Positions 51,101 through 64,000 of a DNA stretch of 64,000 nucleotides are shown piece by piece. Made by a program: the position numbers and the translations under genes. The notes under the pieces are model-generated. The model made no database searches. It had not been told where the DNA came from and saw only the letters and a list, made by a program, of their open reading frames with translations. Numbering within the stretch: position 1 is the first letter of the stretch; every line of letters begins with the position of its first letter. The stretch comes from Ruditapes philippinarum (Eukaryota), in contig NW_026855520.1 in assembly GCF_026571515.1 (NCBI RefSeq), positions 1-64,000 on the forward strand. Direction: 5' to 3'.

Positions 51101-54100
51101 ATGACCAGTCAGAGAGATGCTTTCAGTTACCGGAGTGTTTCTCCGACAATGTCACCGACACTTTCTCCACATGCATCTCCCCCATCATCACCATACTTCT
51201 CCAAGACAGAGGACCCTGCGAGGCAGGAACTGAGATTATCGGCAAATGCAAAACGACAGAAATATTTGAGGCGGTTGTTAAAATTTAAACAGATGGATTT
51301 TGAATATGCATTCTGGCAAATGATATATCTGTTTGTAGCGCCACAAAAAGTGTAAGATAAAGTTTTTGTAAATTGTATTTACAATAGTTTTATAGGTTAG
51401 CGATGAAGATAAATAGTGTTCCTATTGACTTGTTAAAAGTTATACATACCTCAAATTTTGAAATAAGGAGGCAAGCATACAATTATTATTATATACATGT
51501 ATAAAGGTTTTTTCAAATTAGGGGCTCAAGGAAAATTACTTACACTGTATCTATAATAGTTTAAAACAGCATACCTCCAGAAGATATTTTATATATTTGA
51601 AAATCTTGCTGTATGTGTTTAATTATTTAGAAAAAAAAAATACTATGATTCCAAATGGACCAAATAATAAAGTATTGTTTGATTTATAATGTGTAACATG
51701 AATATATTTATGTTTGTCTATTATTTTACTTTTATTAACACTGTCTGATAGACATCTGTATCACTATTGATCCATTTTAATACATATACCAGCTTTATTT
51801 ATAACATAAATATTTGTTTCTACATGTTACCCTATTTTTGCTGCTAAACGCCATAAAGTTTTACGCGTGTTCCGTTATGACGTCGCTTCCTTATGTTTTG
51901 CACTGATGAAGGCATATAGCCGAAATGTATGCAATAAATAATTACTGAATGTTTGTGTTTGTTTATTTCAATTATTTAAAAGAAACTTTTCTGCCTTTTT
52001 CAGATACAGAAATTTTCAGTATAGGAAAAGTAAGTAAGAAACATTATTCAGTGTCCTGGTTTCTTTGAAGTATTCTGAATCAGTTTTCACAAAAGACTTA
52101 ATTTAAGTAATCTTTTCTGAAAATTCATGTAAATACATGACTGTGTATATGCATAAAGTAATTATCCACCCATTCATACAATTTACAAATGCCAACATTA
52201 CATGCTAATGATGTATAGGTTTGTAAATTGAACAGATTCAATATCTGTATTGCATTGTTTTGTTTTGTTTCAAGCACTAACTGTAACATTTTATCTCTTT
52301 CACCTTCAGCTATGGAAATTTGAGTTATTCACTTAATAATAAGTGCTCTGTATATCTTATTTCAGACACAAAAGACCAGTGGGCAAGAGATGACCCTGCT
52401 TTCCTAGTCTTGCTGAGTTTTTGGTTGATAAGTATGTAATGTTTGCTTGGTTTAAAATCCTTTCTCAAATCTATAATTGTTGATTTAGCCTTATTACATG
52501 TACATTTCAGTTTTCTCTGAAAATCATGCATTAATTGGTTTCTTTTTCAAGTAGATTATTTAAATTTAATATAGGTAAAGTTTAAAGATTTTTATGCCCC
52601 CGCCATGTAATGGCCGGGGCATAAAGTGTTACCCTGTTCCGTCCTTCCGTCCTTCCGTCATTCCGTCATTCTGTCATTCCGTCATCATCAGTTTCCGTTC
52701 ATTATCTTAGTAACGGTTGCACACATTCAACTCAAATTTGACATATGGATATGTCGTGAGAAAATACAAGTCAAGTTCGAATTTGGTCATGGTTTTGATG
52801 ATTTTTGCAGAGTTATGCCCCTTTACTTTAAAATAATATGAAATTTTCAGTTTCCGTTCATTATCTCCCAATGGTACAACACATTCAACTCAAACTTTGA
52901 CATATGGATTATGTCATGAGAAAAATACAGGTCAAAGTTCGAATTTGGTCATGGGTTCGATGATTTTTGGCAGATGTTATGCCCCTTTTACTTTGAAAAT
53001 AATATGAAATTTTCAGTTTCCGTTCATTATCTCCCCAACAGTACAACACATTCAACTCAAATTTGACATATGGATATGTCGTGAGAAAATACAGGTCAAG
53101 TTCGAAATTTGGTCATGGTTCAATGATTTTTGGCAGAGTTATGCCCCTTTCACTTTGGAAATGATATGAAATTTTCAGTTTCCGGTCATTATCTCCCCAA
53201 TGGTACAACACTTTTAACTCAAACTTGACATATGGATACGTTAAGGGAATGCGCAGGTCAAGTTCAAAGTTGGTTATGGTTCAATGATTTTTGGCAGAGT
53301 TATGCCCCTTTCACTTTGAAAATAATATGAAATTTTCAGTTTCTGTTTATTATCTCCCAATGGTACAACACATTCAACTCAAATTTGAGATATGGATATA
53401 TTTTTGGAATGCCCAGGCCAAGTTGGAATTTGGTCATGGTTCAATGATTTTTGGCAGAGTAATGCCCCTTTCACTTTGAAAATAATATGAAATTTACAGT
53501 TTCTGTTCATTATCTACCCAACTACTCAAATTTGACATATGGATATGTCAAAGGAATGGGCAGGTCAAGTTTGAATTTGGTCATGGTTCGATGACTTTTG
53601 GCAGAGTTATGTCCCTTTCACTTTGAAAATAATATAGATACATCTTAGGAATAAGCAGTTTAAGTTTGAATTTGGTCGTGGTTCAATGATTTTGGACAAA
53701 CTTATCTTTCTTGAATGTTGTAAAAATTTTGAACTTTCAGTTTCAGCACTGAAATGTATGTAGCCATTATTTTGGCTACAAATATGAAATATGCTATTTT
53801 CAAAAGGTTTAGACTGAATAATTTCAGTGCCTTGAACATTGTATGAAAATGGTTTGTGTTAACATTGAAAAGTTTTAAGGGCTTTGAACTTAAAATGAAA
53901 AAAATTATTTGTGCAAACAAATTTGGAACTAAATATTATAACATCTGAAATTTTGGCTGCATGCGGGGGCATCCGTGGCATGATGACACATTTCTAGTAT
54001 CAATATTGTATGCCTTAGTCATGTCTTGCTGGTTTAGAGAGAACAAATATAGTAACAAACTGTGATCTTAGTAATATGAAGTAACATATATATTCTCTTT

Positions 54101-57100
54101 ACCACAGTGACTAAATATTTGCGAAATTCGCTGTCAAAATATATATATATATTGTGCGAAAGTTTGTTCCCGCAAAAACCACATCCTTATTAAAAACGTG
54201 AAACATCCTATAAAAATTGAGATATATTATATCTGTGAAAGTTTTTAGGAATACAGTCACTAGATTTTTCTTTGTTTAATTTCCAGTTTCCATCAATTGG
54301 ATTTGCTGTGGTGCTAGGTCTACATTTTCTAGGATTTCTCAAGTTTATACTCTGGGTGGTATTTGTAGACTGTATAGGCGTGGGACTACTAATTGCCACA
54401 TTGTTCTGGTAAGAATGCCTACAAAGCATGTATATAAAACACATTCTGAAGTAAAAAGTAAAGTCTTTTCAGAGATCGAAAATTCCACTTGTCCGCTCTT
54501 AATTACAAGTATTATTTAAGAGTACTTGATGCAGGACAAGTAGAAAAATGTTGCCAGCACAATGGAAATGGAAGCTACTTGTCCTGCAGGACTAGTGACT
54601 CTGAAAATAATTGTCTACGCCTGCTTTTTTATTGCTCGGGCTTCCAAGCTTTTGTTTAAATATCAAGTATCTTTGAAGATGAATTTTTGTATGTGAGTTA
54701 CCTATCCAGCTAGGTTCCAATAGATTAATGGTGATATCCAGATATTGATTGGCTTATGTCTAAAAACTTGATAATTTTGTTGCTGCATTATGCCCATATC
54801 CTTTCCCAACATATTTTGTAAATGATATAACATAAAAATTGCTGTTTGTTTGGTTTTAAATTGCACCAACCAGGGCTTTTTTTCACAAGTTGGGGAAGCA
54901 GCCCAGCCCTTAATTTTGGGGAAAAATTACATGGTATATTTGCAAAAGGGGAAGAAAAAACTTGATGTAAATTCAATTTCTGGGGAAAATTGCATGATTT
55001 TAAAGAAATTTTCTTTGGGGAAGCAGCCCTATACCGGCCCCTGTTATAGAAAGAAAAAAGGCCCTGTCAACACTGTATCAGCGATATGGTGATTTTTGTC
55101 CAGCTTTATACTGGTGGAGAAAGACTTTAGGTGCCCCTCCTTGTATATCTGGCATGAGTGAGCATCTGAGTAGAACCACCAACATTCTGTAAGCTTGCTA
55201 GATAGCAAAACTCACATGAAATTATCCAAATTTTAACCTAGAACAGCAGTAAGGGGAAGTGGCTTGAAGTCAAAGACGTTAAACACTCAGCCGTAGATGC
55301 TCCATTTAGTTTTGTTGTTTTTATATATCATTTTTATTTTAGGATAAGGTTTATGACATTTTTGATGATCTTTATTGATAGTCAGATCAGTTTTAATAAT
55401 TATAATGATTTGTTTTTGATAGGTTTATTACAAACAGATATATGGTAATATCGCCGCCCAGAGGTCAAGAGATCCCGAAAGGTCAGGACGTAGAGTGGGG
55501 TTACGCTTTTGACGTTCATCTCAACGCCTTCTTCCCTCTTCTTATGATTCTTCATCTTTTTCAGCTGGCTTTTCTACACTGTAAGTCATTTTGTTTACCC
55601 TTGTCCTGAAGAATGGACTTGTCCTGCTTCCTTTTTTGCAGCAGACCATTATTAATTTAGGGATGTCAAGTTAAAAATTTGTCAGCCAGAGGTATTATGT
55701 ATAGAGCATGATTTGGCTGCACAAACAACTGTAGTATGGTTCTATGATTATGCCATGGCTGTTTATTTTTGCATAAATCATTTCTTAAGTTGAAGCAACT
55801 CCACAAAGGTCCAAAAGCGGGGGAAAAAACATTAAATTTGAATTTCTTAAATTGATCAGCTGGAGCACTTAACATAAGATATTCAAAAGATAATAAAATT
55901 GTGAGTTTAAATGCGATTTTGAGTTAAATAGTTTTGGGCTTATTTATCACATTTTATACAATAATTCTGGAAGCACGAAGTGAGCAAATGATATAAAATT
56001 TTACACACAAGTTGTAAGTCAAGATCTTTCTTTCATGATACATACAGCTTGAACAAAAATGCAAAAGATGTTTATTTTACAATTAAAAAGAGACCGTATA
56101 GCATTTATCAGCATTTTAAAATATCAAATTTGAGCTTAATAAACATTAAAGAAATAGTATTATAATCATGTAGATTCAATACTAAATTTATTGAACTTGT
56201 TGAATAAAACAATATTATGCTCGCCAGAGGCTCGTGTAGTATAATTTTATTCAACTCGTTCAATAAATTTAGTATTAAACCTACACTCATTCAGTATCAT
56301 CTATGTAACTTAAGTTTTAATCTTTCCAAAGGTCTGTCTTTTAACTAAAAGTACAGTACAATAACAATATTAAGGGAATCGCTGAATTTATATTGTTATA
56401 TCCAGGAGGCAACCAATTTTGAAACAAAAGTCGGGACCGTGGAAACAGCATTGTTATAAGCAATATTGTTACAAGTGGAATTTACTGTATGTAGTAAAAC
56501 TGTAAAATTTTGTTTTTTCTTGCATTGAAAGACTTTTTACTATACTTTATGATGTAATTTATTTAATGTTTCAATTTTTGTTACAGCTGTGATAAACCAA
56601 GACTGGTTTGTTGGTCGATTCTTTGGTAATACACTGTGGTTGGTGGCAATTTGTTACTATATATACATCACATTTCTTGGTTACAGTGGTAAGTTCATAA
56701 TGATAATATAAATCTACTTGCAATTATTCAAGCTTTACATAAGCATAATTGTATTCTAGATGTAAGACTGTTATAAAATTAAAATTGACTCAAGATTATT
56801 TGGTTACATATTAAGTAGTGTATAAAGCCACGACTGTCAATGAGATAGATCGGCTTACAGTTCTGACTAATACAATTGCCACTATCATGTCCTCTGGTAC
56901 AGAGCCCAGACTGACCAACAATTTACTTATAGCCCTGAAATATAAATTTGGTTATATCATCTTATGGCATTGATGTATATTTGCATAAATTAAGTCCACT
57001 CTTACTATGAGAAAAATTTGCATACTAACAAATATAAATATTGACTTATAGCACTGTGTGAGGAAGCCATCCAGTTAGCTTAAGAAACGTCAGTGGTTCT

Positions 57101-57866
57101 ACTCAGGTGCCCATTCACGCCTAATAAAGAATGCACGAAAGGACACCTGAGGTGTTCCTCCAGTAAAGCTGGAACGTCGCGATATGACCTATACTGTGTA
57201 GGTGTGACATAAAACCTAATAAAACAAACAACAAAAAATAGCACTGTGACTTATATACCATTAATATAATAGTCCTGACTCCTATAAGCTAATAAGTAGC
57301 CAATAATGACATTTATAGTTGCTACTTGCAATGACATAAATTGGCATAAAACCCCCAACTGTAATCTGGAACAATAACCATACTCTTTGAAATAAAATGC
57401 TAGTATGTATTGATGTTTATGTCGTTTGATGAAATGGAGACATTATATTTTTGTCTTATCTGCCAATAAAGGCCACAACGTCTTTATTTCATAAGGTACA
57501 GTTTTCAACATTTCTAACCACAAAAATTTCCTCTGAAATATGACCTTGACCCCAAATTTACATTGACTAATGTCACTTTCATAATTTAGGGATTTTGCTG
57601 TAACTTCAATAATTTATTTAAAAAATGAGAGAGAAGCAATGATGTTTTACGAATTCGACTTACTTTTTATTTGAAATTATTTTAAAATGTACCGTATGTA
57701 CATGTATTTTTTTCATTTTTCAATTTCAGCGTTACCATTTTTAAAGAACACTCGAGCCTTGCTATTTCCTGTCACAGGTGTGATAATTGTTTATGTACTC
57801 TCATTGATTTTAAACTGGAACTTCAGTTGGCATATGTGTACTTTCTACAGATTCCGTGTGTTCTAG
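51101..57866 (+). CDS. UNC50: Protein unc-50 homolog (Golgi multi-pass membrane protein), ~286 aa. Coding exons 51101-51351, 52004-52029, 52366-52431, 54287-54408, 55423-55580, 56587-56688, 57730-57866, with an apparent +1 base at ~54290
   Basis: Signature motifs YLRRLLKFKQMDFEYAFWQM, YRNFQYRK-x-TKDQWARDDPAFLVLL, DVEWGYAFDVHLNAFFP and YYIYITFLGYSALPFLKNT. All introns GT-AG. Confidence 0.95.
51898..51934 (+). ncRNA. Minimal type I hammerhead ribozyme motif (Penelope-like element remnant) in the intron after the first UNC50 coding exon
   Basis: TTGCA-CTGATGA-A-GGC-ATATA-GCC-GAAA-T-GTA-TGCAA: both core boxes, stem I TTGCA/TGCAA and stem II GGC/GCC, followed directly by AATAAA. Confidence 0.7.
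52589..53998 (+). mobile_element. HINE-like element with about six tandem repeats of ~161 bp, in an UNC50 intron
   Basis: Subterminal inverted repeat ATGCCCCCGC (52594) / GCGGGGGCAT (53963). (TCCGTCAT/CCTT)n microsatellite. CAGTTTCCGTTCATTATCT-like motif near 52689, 52848, 53014, 53177, 53337 and 53497. Ends CTAGT. Confidence 0.88.
54845..55303 (-). mobile_element. tRNA-derived SINE interrupted by a 196-bp MITE (54871-55066)
   Basis: SINE body in reverse complement at 55067-55303 with its tail at 54845-54870. MITE TIRs CAGGGCTTTTTT / AAAAAAGGCCCTG. Confidence 0.7.
56150..56305 (-). mobile_element. Hairpin end of a long-hairpin element
   Basis: AATACTAAATTTATTGAAC..GTTGAATAAAA / TTTTATTCAAC..GTTCAATAAATTTAGTATT fold-back, ending TATCATCTAT. 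Confidence 0.55.
57056..57235 (+). mobile_element. 5'-truncated SINE (same family)
   Basis: TGTGAGGAAGCCATCCAG..GTGGTTCTACTCAGGTGCCC..TAAAGCTGGAA..AAACAAAC tail. Confidence 0.75.
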
Positions 57867-58799
57867 CAGTGTGTAATGTTTATGCACAAATCCAGCATAG
57901 ACAGTTCGAGATTGTGAAAAGTGTATATAAAGTGTACAGAACTTGCATTGTAAAATAAAAACTAAAATAATGGGAACCACAGAGTGTGTAATAGATGGTA
58001 TTTTATACAGGTTATGTATCTATATTTAAAGTGTACATGTAATAGTATTGATGGAATATTTAGCTGGACCCATGCTACGGATAGCTTAATTTTTTTAAAG
58101 ACAATTTTTATCTCTAACTAGAGATAGTTTCCTGAACAGAAATTCAAGATTTTCTTGTATTTCTTTTTTTCATGTATATAGATTAAGTTACGTTAAGAAA
58201 ACAGTTTGGTCTCTGGTAACAGAATAAAGAAAATATTTTTCAGCATGCTTTTTTTTAAAGAAAAAGTTGAGCCATTATGATTGCTGCAACACCATTGTTG
58301 TCATGATGCATAACTTTAATGTAGCCAATTATTCAAATATTTTAAAAGGCTTTAATTTGAAACTTGAAATTTTTGCTTATCATGAGTTGATGAAGTTGCA
58401 AGATATAAAACTGTATTCTAAAATAAGTTTTATAATTTGGAGTTATGCCCCTTTTTAAAAAAAAAAATGTTTGATCAAAATTGTTTTTTGATAGTCGTTC
58501 CCCTTAATACACAAGAGTTAACAACTGTTACAATGGTTCATGCTAAATCCAGTCTTTAAAGTACATATATTTTACAATAAAGAAAAATGGCAGTATTCCA
58601 GAGATGAGTGTGAAAATAAGATATACCTTCCCTACCTTTGATTTATTTTTGAAACAGAGTATTTTTAATGAAAACATGACTTAGCTAGATTAAAGAAGAT
58701 GATAAACTTAAAAAGATTTAAAAGAAATTATTTTTCTTCACTAATTGAAATGATTTGTATTTAGTTTAAGATACTGTGATAGTATTCAAACTGTCTTAA

Positions 58800-59144
58800 A
58801 GCAGCATGCCTCCAAATTCATGCAAATTTTCATGAAAATTTTGAAAATATATTTAAAAGTAAAGCATTGTGAAGTGAACAAAGAAAGTGATTTTCACATT
58901 GAAAACAGCACTTACAAACCACGAAAATTACCAAAAAAGGTAAAAATATGCAAAAAATACCCCTTACTGCTTTAGTCATGCAGTAGAATTATGGTTATAA
59001 ATACTGCAAAATCAGTTATTAATCACAAAAGACATGTCAATTATCTCATAAATTTTAAATCATTTTACTTTCCTTAAAATCTTAGAACATTTTTCTCAAG
59101 TTTGATTCTCTTTAAATATTTTGGCACGTCTGAAACATGCAGCT
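58800..59144. mobile_element. TTAA-flanked MITE (Kolobok-like AG..CT ends)
   Basis: TTAA|AGCAGCATG ... CATGCAGCT|TTAA. Confidence 0.6.
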
Positions 59145-60089
59145 TTAAAAGAAGGTCCTAGCTGATGCTCCACTGCTTTTTTCCCAAGATCATGTATAGG
59201 TGCAAAAAGAAGGACTGTCTTTTATGAGATTGATTTACCTTATTTTTGAATGTATAAGTAAAATTGCATTTATTGTTTAACCTAGTAACTTTAACTGAAC
59301 CTGTGACAAAATTTCCAACATGAAGAGAGAAAACTCTTTTTTTCTAGAATAGTGCAAGATGTGTTTTTATTTATTATGGAAGCTGTATGTTAGTGCTATG
59401 CATAATTATACATATTACTTTGTAATATTCTGTAAATATTATATTTGTATAAAAGGGGGTCAATCTAGCACGGGGAGGGGATTTTAGACGGCTGATCTGT
59501 TAAACTTCATTTAATATCACCTAAGTTGAACTTCATGGTCATGTGTAATAAAGCATTGCTAAGGATAGTGACTTATTTTCATGTACTTTATTTTTCGATA
59601 AGTCTCGCTTTTAAACATGATGTATTTAATATAACTTTCTTTAATGATTTATTTTTTTAAGTGTATGTCAATCCAACTCATGAAAGTTTATTTGTCAATT
59701 CTTGTAAAGTATTTATATAATTACTTACAGAGGAAATCTTATTTACATCAGTCCTTAGCCTGCAGGAACTGGAAAAGATGTTAACAGTATAGAGCCAGGC
59801 CAGCCTGCACATCCATGCAGTCTGACCAAGCTCTGTACTGTTGACTGACTTTTAGTTTTCATCTTGATATGCCCAAGATTAATAATGGACAGTTCCTAAA
59901 ATGTAAGCTGGACAAGTCCATTTAAGAAATTTAGTATGTTAAGATTGGGATTGGTTAAGTTATACTGTATACATTGACTTCTCATTGTATGAAGACATTC
60001 ACACATATATCGTAGGTAAATTTACATTTCCCTGGGATAGATTTATTTATGCATTTGACCTATTTATACATTGTATGTGTACTACCTTA

Positions 60090-61177
60090 TTTTGAGCTTA
60101 CCAGAGCACATCATGCTCTAGATTTGCTATTGTGATCACTCGCTGTCCCTTGTTTGTCTTAAAGGCCTATTATGCCTCAGAAATGAAATCATTTTTATTT
60201 GTCAAAAGAAGAAAAAATGTATCTTGTTTAAGTTTCTAAAAAATACTCATTTACCACATAAATGATCTTTTACTTCTTTTGCTGTATTAACAATGGGTAT
60301 AATTATAGTGAATTAGTATTTTGTATGGAAGTCAAACTACTACTTTGTTTACATTTTGATACCTTTACAACATATATGTATTACTGCACATTCAGCGCAA
60401 CTTTCGCCAGTTGAAAAACATTGAATATGCTCTGAATCCATTATTAAAACATTATTAAACACATGTTTGACATTTTTAAAGAATATATAAAAAGGATTTC
60501 TGAGGCATAATGTGCCTTTAAGTGTGCTAACATTTGGATTCTTAGGTGGCTACAGAAACAGAAGGCAACTGTACTTTCCTTTTTGATGACATTCATTTCA
60601 TAAGTTCCTACGTGGCTATGTTTTCTCATCCACTCTTTGGCTAAAAAACATAGAAGGAGAGCAATTTGTACAGTAATGGGTTAAGTCCTTCTAAATTTAA
60701 TTATTTCACAGAAATTATACTAGTGTGACCACCTACTAAATATATTTTGATTATTTTGATTCGAGAAAAAACATGGCTACCTTATAGGGTAGATTTTTTC
60801 CCTATATATAGATATGGCTATATGTAGATATGGGAAAACTAAAAAGAAAACTGAGTATCCAAGAACAGTTAATTATAAATCCAAGGAAATAAACACATTT
60901 TGAGCTTCCAGCATGAATAATTCAGAAGAAAAATAACACAAAAACAAAACATTTTATTTTGATGAAATTAAAATTTTTATTTGTACATTAATCAATGTAC
61001 TCCTGGAAAATATAACACCTTCTGAAGTATTTTCTACAGAATATACAGTTTGTTAAATCTGTTGGTCAGATTTTGATATAATTAATTTTTGGTTGGTGTA
61101 AATTTCCTAACATATTTACATATAAAGAGAAAACTTCATAGTCTGGTGAGCAATATAGGGCTATGATGGCACTCTTG
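60090..61177. mobile_element. Decayed HINE-like element, opposite in orientation to 355-1396, hosting a MITE
   Basis: TTTTGAGCTTACC start and GGTGAGCAATATAGGGCTATGATGGCACTCTTGT end, which mirrors 355-390. Confidence 0.6.
60163..60517. mobile_element. TTAA-flanked MITE (Kolobok-like)
   Basis: TTAA|AGGCCTATTATGCCTCAGAAAT ... ATTTCTGAGGCATAATGTGCCT|TTAA (20/22 match). Confidence 0.85.
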
Positions 61178-62099
61178 TAGTTTTTCCTATGATCAGTGTG
61201 TTGTTATATTGTATTTTATTTGCTTTGCACAGTTATGTCTGTTTCACAGTATATATTCCTGTATGGCTTTGCAAAACAGTATGGACCATTGTTTTATTTC
61301 TGTTGACCTTGTTTATGATCAATGTAAGAAAACAAAATCTAACTTGTGCTGTATTTTGTAAAACAAAGTTTTGTTTTCTGTATTTCGTAAAACAAAGTTT
61401 TGTTTTCTGTCATTATTTGTGTGTGAAATCAACATTAGATCAGTTTCTGGACAATAATGTTATATTTTACACATACACAGTACAGGATTAGTGTTGTGTT
61501 GAAAATTGTTATATTATGTTCTTTTTATGGTTATAATATTATCAAGGATTGGAATGACTTTATGTACATGTATGTTATATATTTATGATAGAATTATGTT
61601 GAATCTGAATTAAAATATGTCATATAACTGCTAATAGATTGTTGTTTATGAATTTCCACTTATTTAAACCCTCATCCTCGACACTGGCAAAACTATATTG
61701 GTGTGCATGTACCTTGGTCAGATATGAAGACTGGCCCTGACAAAGGAAACTACATTTTTTATTTACTTTTGTTTTCTCCAGCAGATGAAGTGTTAACAGT
61801 GAAAATTAGAGTTGTTGTTTAACAATCACCCTATGACCAAAATTCCAAAGCATAAATTAACAGCATTGCTGAAAATTACACGCACTATAATATGAACAAC
61901 CTAACATCTTCATATAAGTCATAGAAACGACTTTCAATTTTCAAGAAAAAGATAAATGACTTAAGACTAGAAAGACCTCCAATTTTACTACAGGACTAAT
62001 GATGCATCTAGCTTTAAATATAAACTTTTTTGTTTGTTGCCCTGCTGAGTGCATTACTAATGGTTCTATGTGGCTAGGTACTGTAGGGGACTGAGTTTA

Positions 62100-62605
62100 T
62101 TGGTATCTTAACTAAGATCTATCCACCTATGGAATTTCAAGTTGATATCTCCAAGACCTTTCAAGTTAAGCTCTGGAAAAATAACAAAGGGAAGTAAAGA
62201 TTATATAATGGGTAAAGTTGTCACTCTTGTGGAATACAATTCTGAATGGGATCTATCCACCTACGAAGTTTGAAATTGATATTACATATACTTAAAAGTT
62301 ATGCTCCTGACTATATATTTTTCATGGAAGCTGAAAAATAACAAAGCACAATAACTAAAAACTAAAAAAAATATGATAGATTTTATCATATCATCATTTC
62401 TGAGTATTGCATTCAATGACATCTCTCCAATTCTTCAAGCCACGCTCGAGACAAATACTAAGCATGAAAAACAACCAATGGCAATAACTATAAAAAATAT
62501 GAAAAGTAGAGTTATCATTCTTGTTTTGCTGCACTCCTGAATAAGATCTGTCCGTCAATTAAGTTTCAAGTTGCTACCACAAAAGCGTTTCTGAGATATG
62601 ATCCT
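62100..62605 (-). repeat. Decayed tandem units related to the 39489-40345 HINE family
   Basis: GATCTATCCACCTA..TTTCAAGTTGATA-like motif near 62115, 62250 and 62545 is the reverse complement of the 39.6-kb core unit. Confidence 0.65.
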
Positions 62606-64000
62606 TGCAGTTATTCAAGCTATTAGCTAATTTATAACGAGAAACATAATTGGCATGTTCAGTAACAGGTCCAGCCAATGGCTGGATGTTAAGGATTTTT
62701 GGAAAATATATAAATTAACAGTTTAACATGATTTTTCATATCACTATTTTATGAAGTCTACTTAATTATATCATAACTACTTACAAAAATCAATCCTAAC
62801 TGAAATTAAAAAATGGGAAAAAGGCAATTACGATGGTTCATACCCACAAAATTTTCGCAAAACTAAACGGAACGTTATATGACGGCGTTTAACATATAAT
62901 TGTTGCGCATGCGTCATGGAAGCTGGATAATCGGAATAATTTGGTTGTTACCGTTGGAGCGTTTGATCTGTCAAACTGTGTTGATAACATTTTAGTACAA
63001 TTGTTTTGCTCAAAGGCAAGATGCAGAAGCGTTTGTTTGTATAATGGAAAATATAAACACAGGTCAAGATCTTGTTGATTTCAGTAGAGGTATTAGCATT
63101 TTTCTTTTCGCATTTTTATTATTCAGAATAATAATTTAGAAATGTTCTATGGACATGACTGTTGAATTCAGTGTTGGTTTGGTTGGTATTGTATAATTTT
63201 GGGCAATTATATTGACTTATAAAAATTTGGATTATTTATATATATACTATATATATAACAGTATTGAATGTCACCGTTATATAGTTATAGAAATACTGAA
63301 TTACAGAGATAAATAAAAAACAGATCTTTATCTGTTCTCTTTCAGTCTTTGGGGTGGCTTTAAAATTTTAGGAATAACACAAATTGCTACTTGTTTACAC
63401 CTGTACTTGACTCGGTATTCATTAATTTCCTTAAGTCTTTTGGCAAGTTAGTTATGCAGGAACACAACCTGGGATTTTTTGTCACAATGTAGTTGATTTT
63501 TATATTACATGTACCAGATTGCGGACATAGGTTATAGGTTTTTATAGTGAGTCAATGAAACATAAGTCACATATATTTCTTAACTTCAAAGATAAACAAA
63601 AAATATAAGCTATATCTACATCCAGAAACATAGCTAATAGATGATGTCACACAATGAATTATAATACTAGACAAAAGAGACTTAAGTCAGATAAATAGTC
63701 TATAAGGAAAGAATGCTATGTACTGTATGTGACAGTTACTTTTAAATTATAGGAAAAATAGTTCATTGAAGTTCTAGAAGACAGAATGTTTGCGATCAAT
63801 GCCATGTTACAGAGAAATGTGGCATTAAAGGGGCAACATTCGCTGCCGCGGCAGCGAGTATTTGTGGGTGTGACTAATCAGTGGTGTAAAACTGTCTGTT
63901 ATAAACCATGAGCTAAAAATAGAATGCAGTGTTAACCTACAGAGAGAATATAAACAAAACAGCTGATTTTACACAGGAGAGGTTTAATGGATGTTTTATA

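Overview
AT-rich, spliced eukaryotic DNA, not prokaryotic. The repeat families, an intron-poor nAChR-like expansion and a coiled-coil C1qDC gene point to a mollusc, most likely a bivalve (inference). Three gene loci, all on +. (1) At 8.4-29.6 kb, a tandem array of five paralogous two-exon Cys-loop (nAChR-like) subunit genes: two have open frames (8466-11014, carrying an in-frame 147-bp duplication of loop C + M1, and 27596-29635) and three are pseudogenes. The proteins keep the Cys-loop and a cation-type GER pore ring but lack the vicinal cysteines and loop B Trp of the ACh site, and their divergence clusters in loop C. This makes them a candidate orphan or chemosensory receptor family in birth-and-death evolution. 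(2) A four-exon secreted coiled-coil/C1q gene (41143-46178). (3) A seven-coding-exon UNC-50 gene (51101-57866) with an apparent 1-bp frameshift and a minimal Penelope-type hammerhead ribozyme motif in an intron. The remainder is dense with TEs: two 5'-truncated LINEs, tRNA-derived SINEs, Helentron-associated (HINE-like) satellite-carrying elements, a 6.3-kb Academ-like element, TTAA MITEs and long-hairpin elements. There is one assembly gap (15071-15223). All calls were made by eye; no searches were run.
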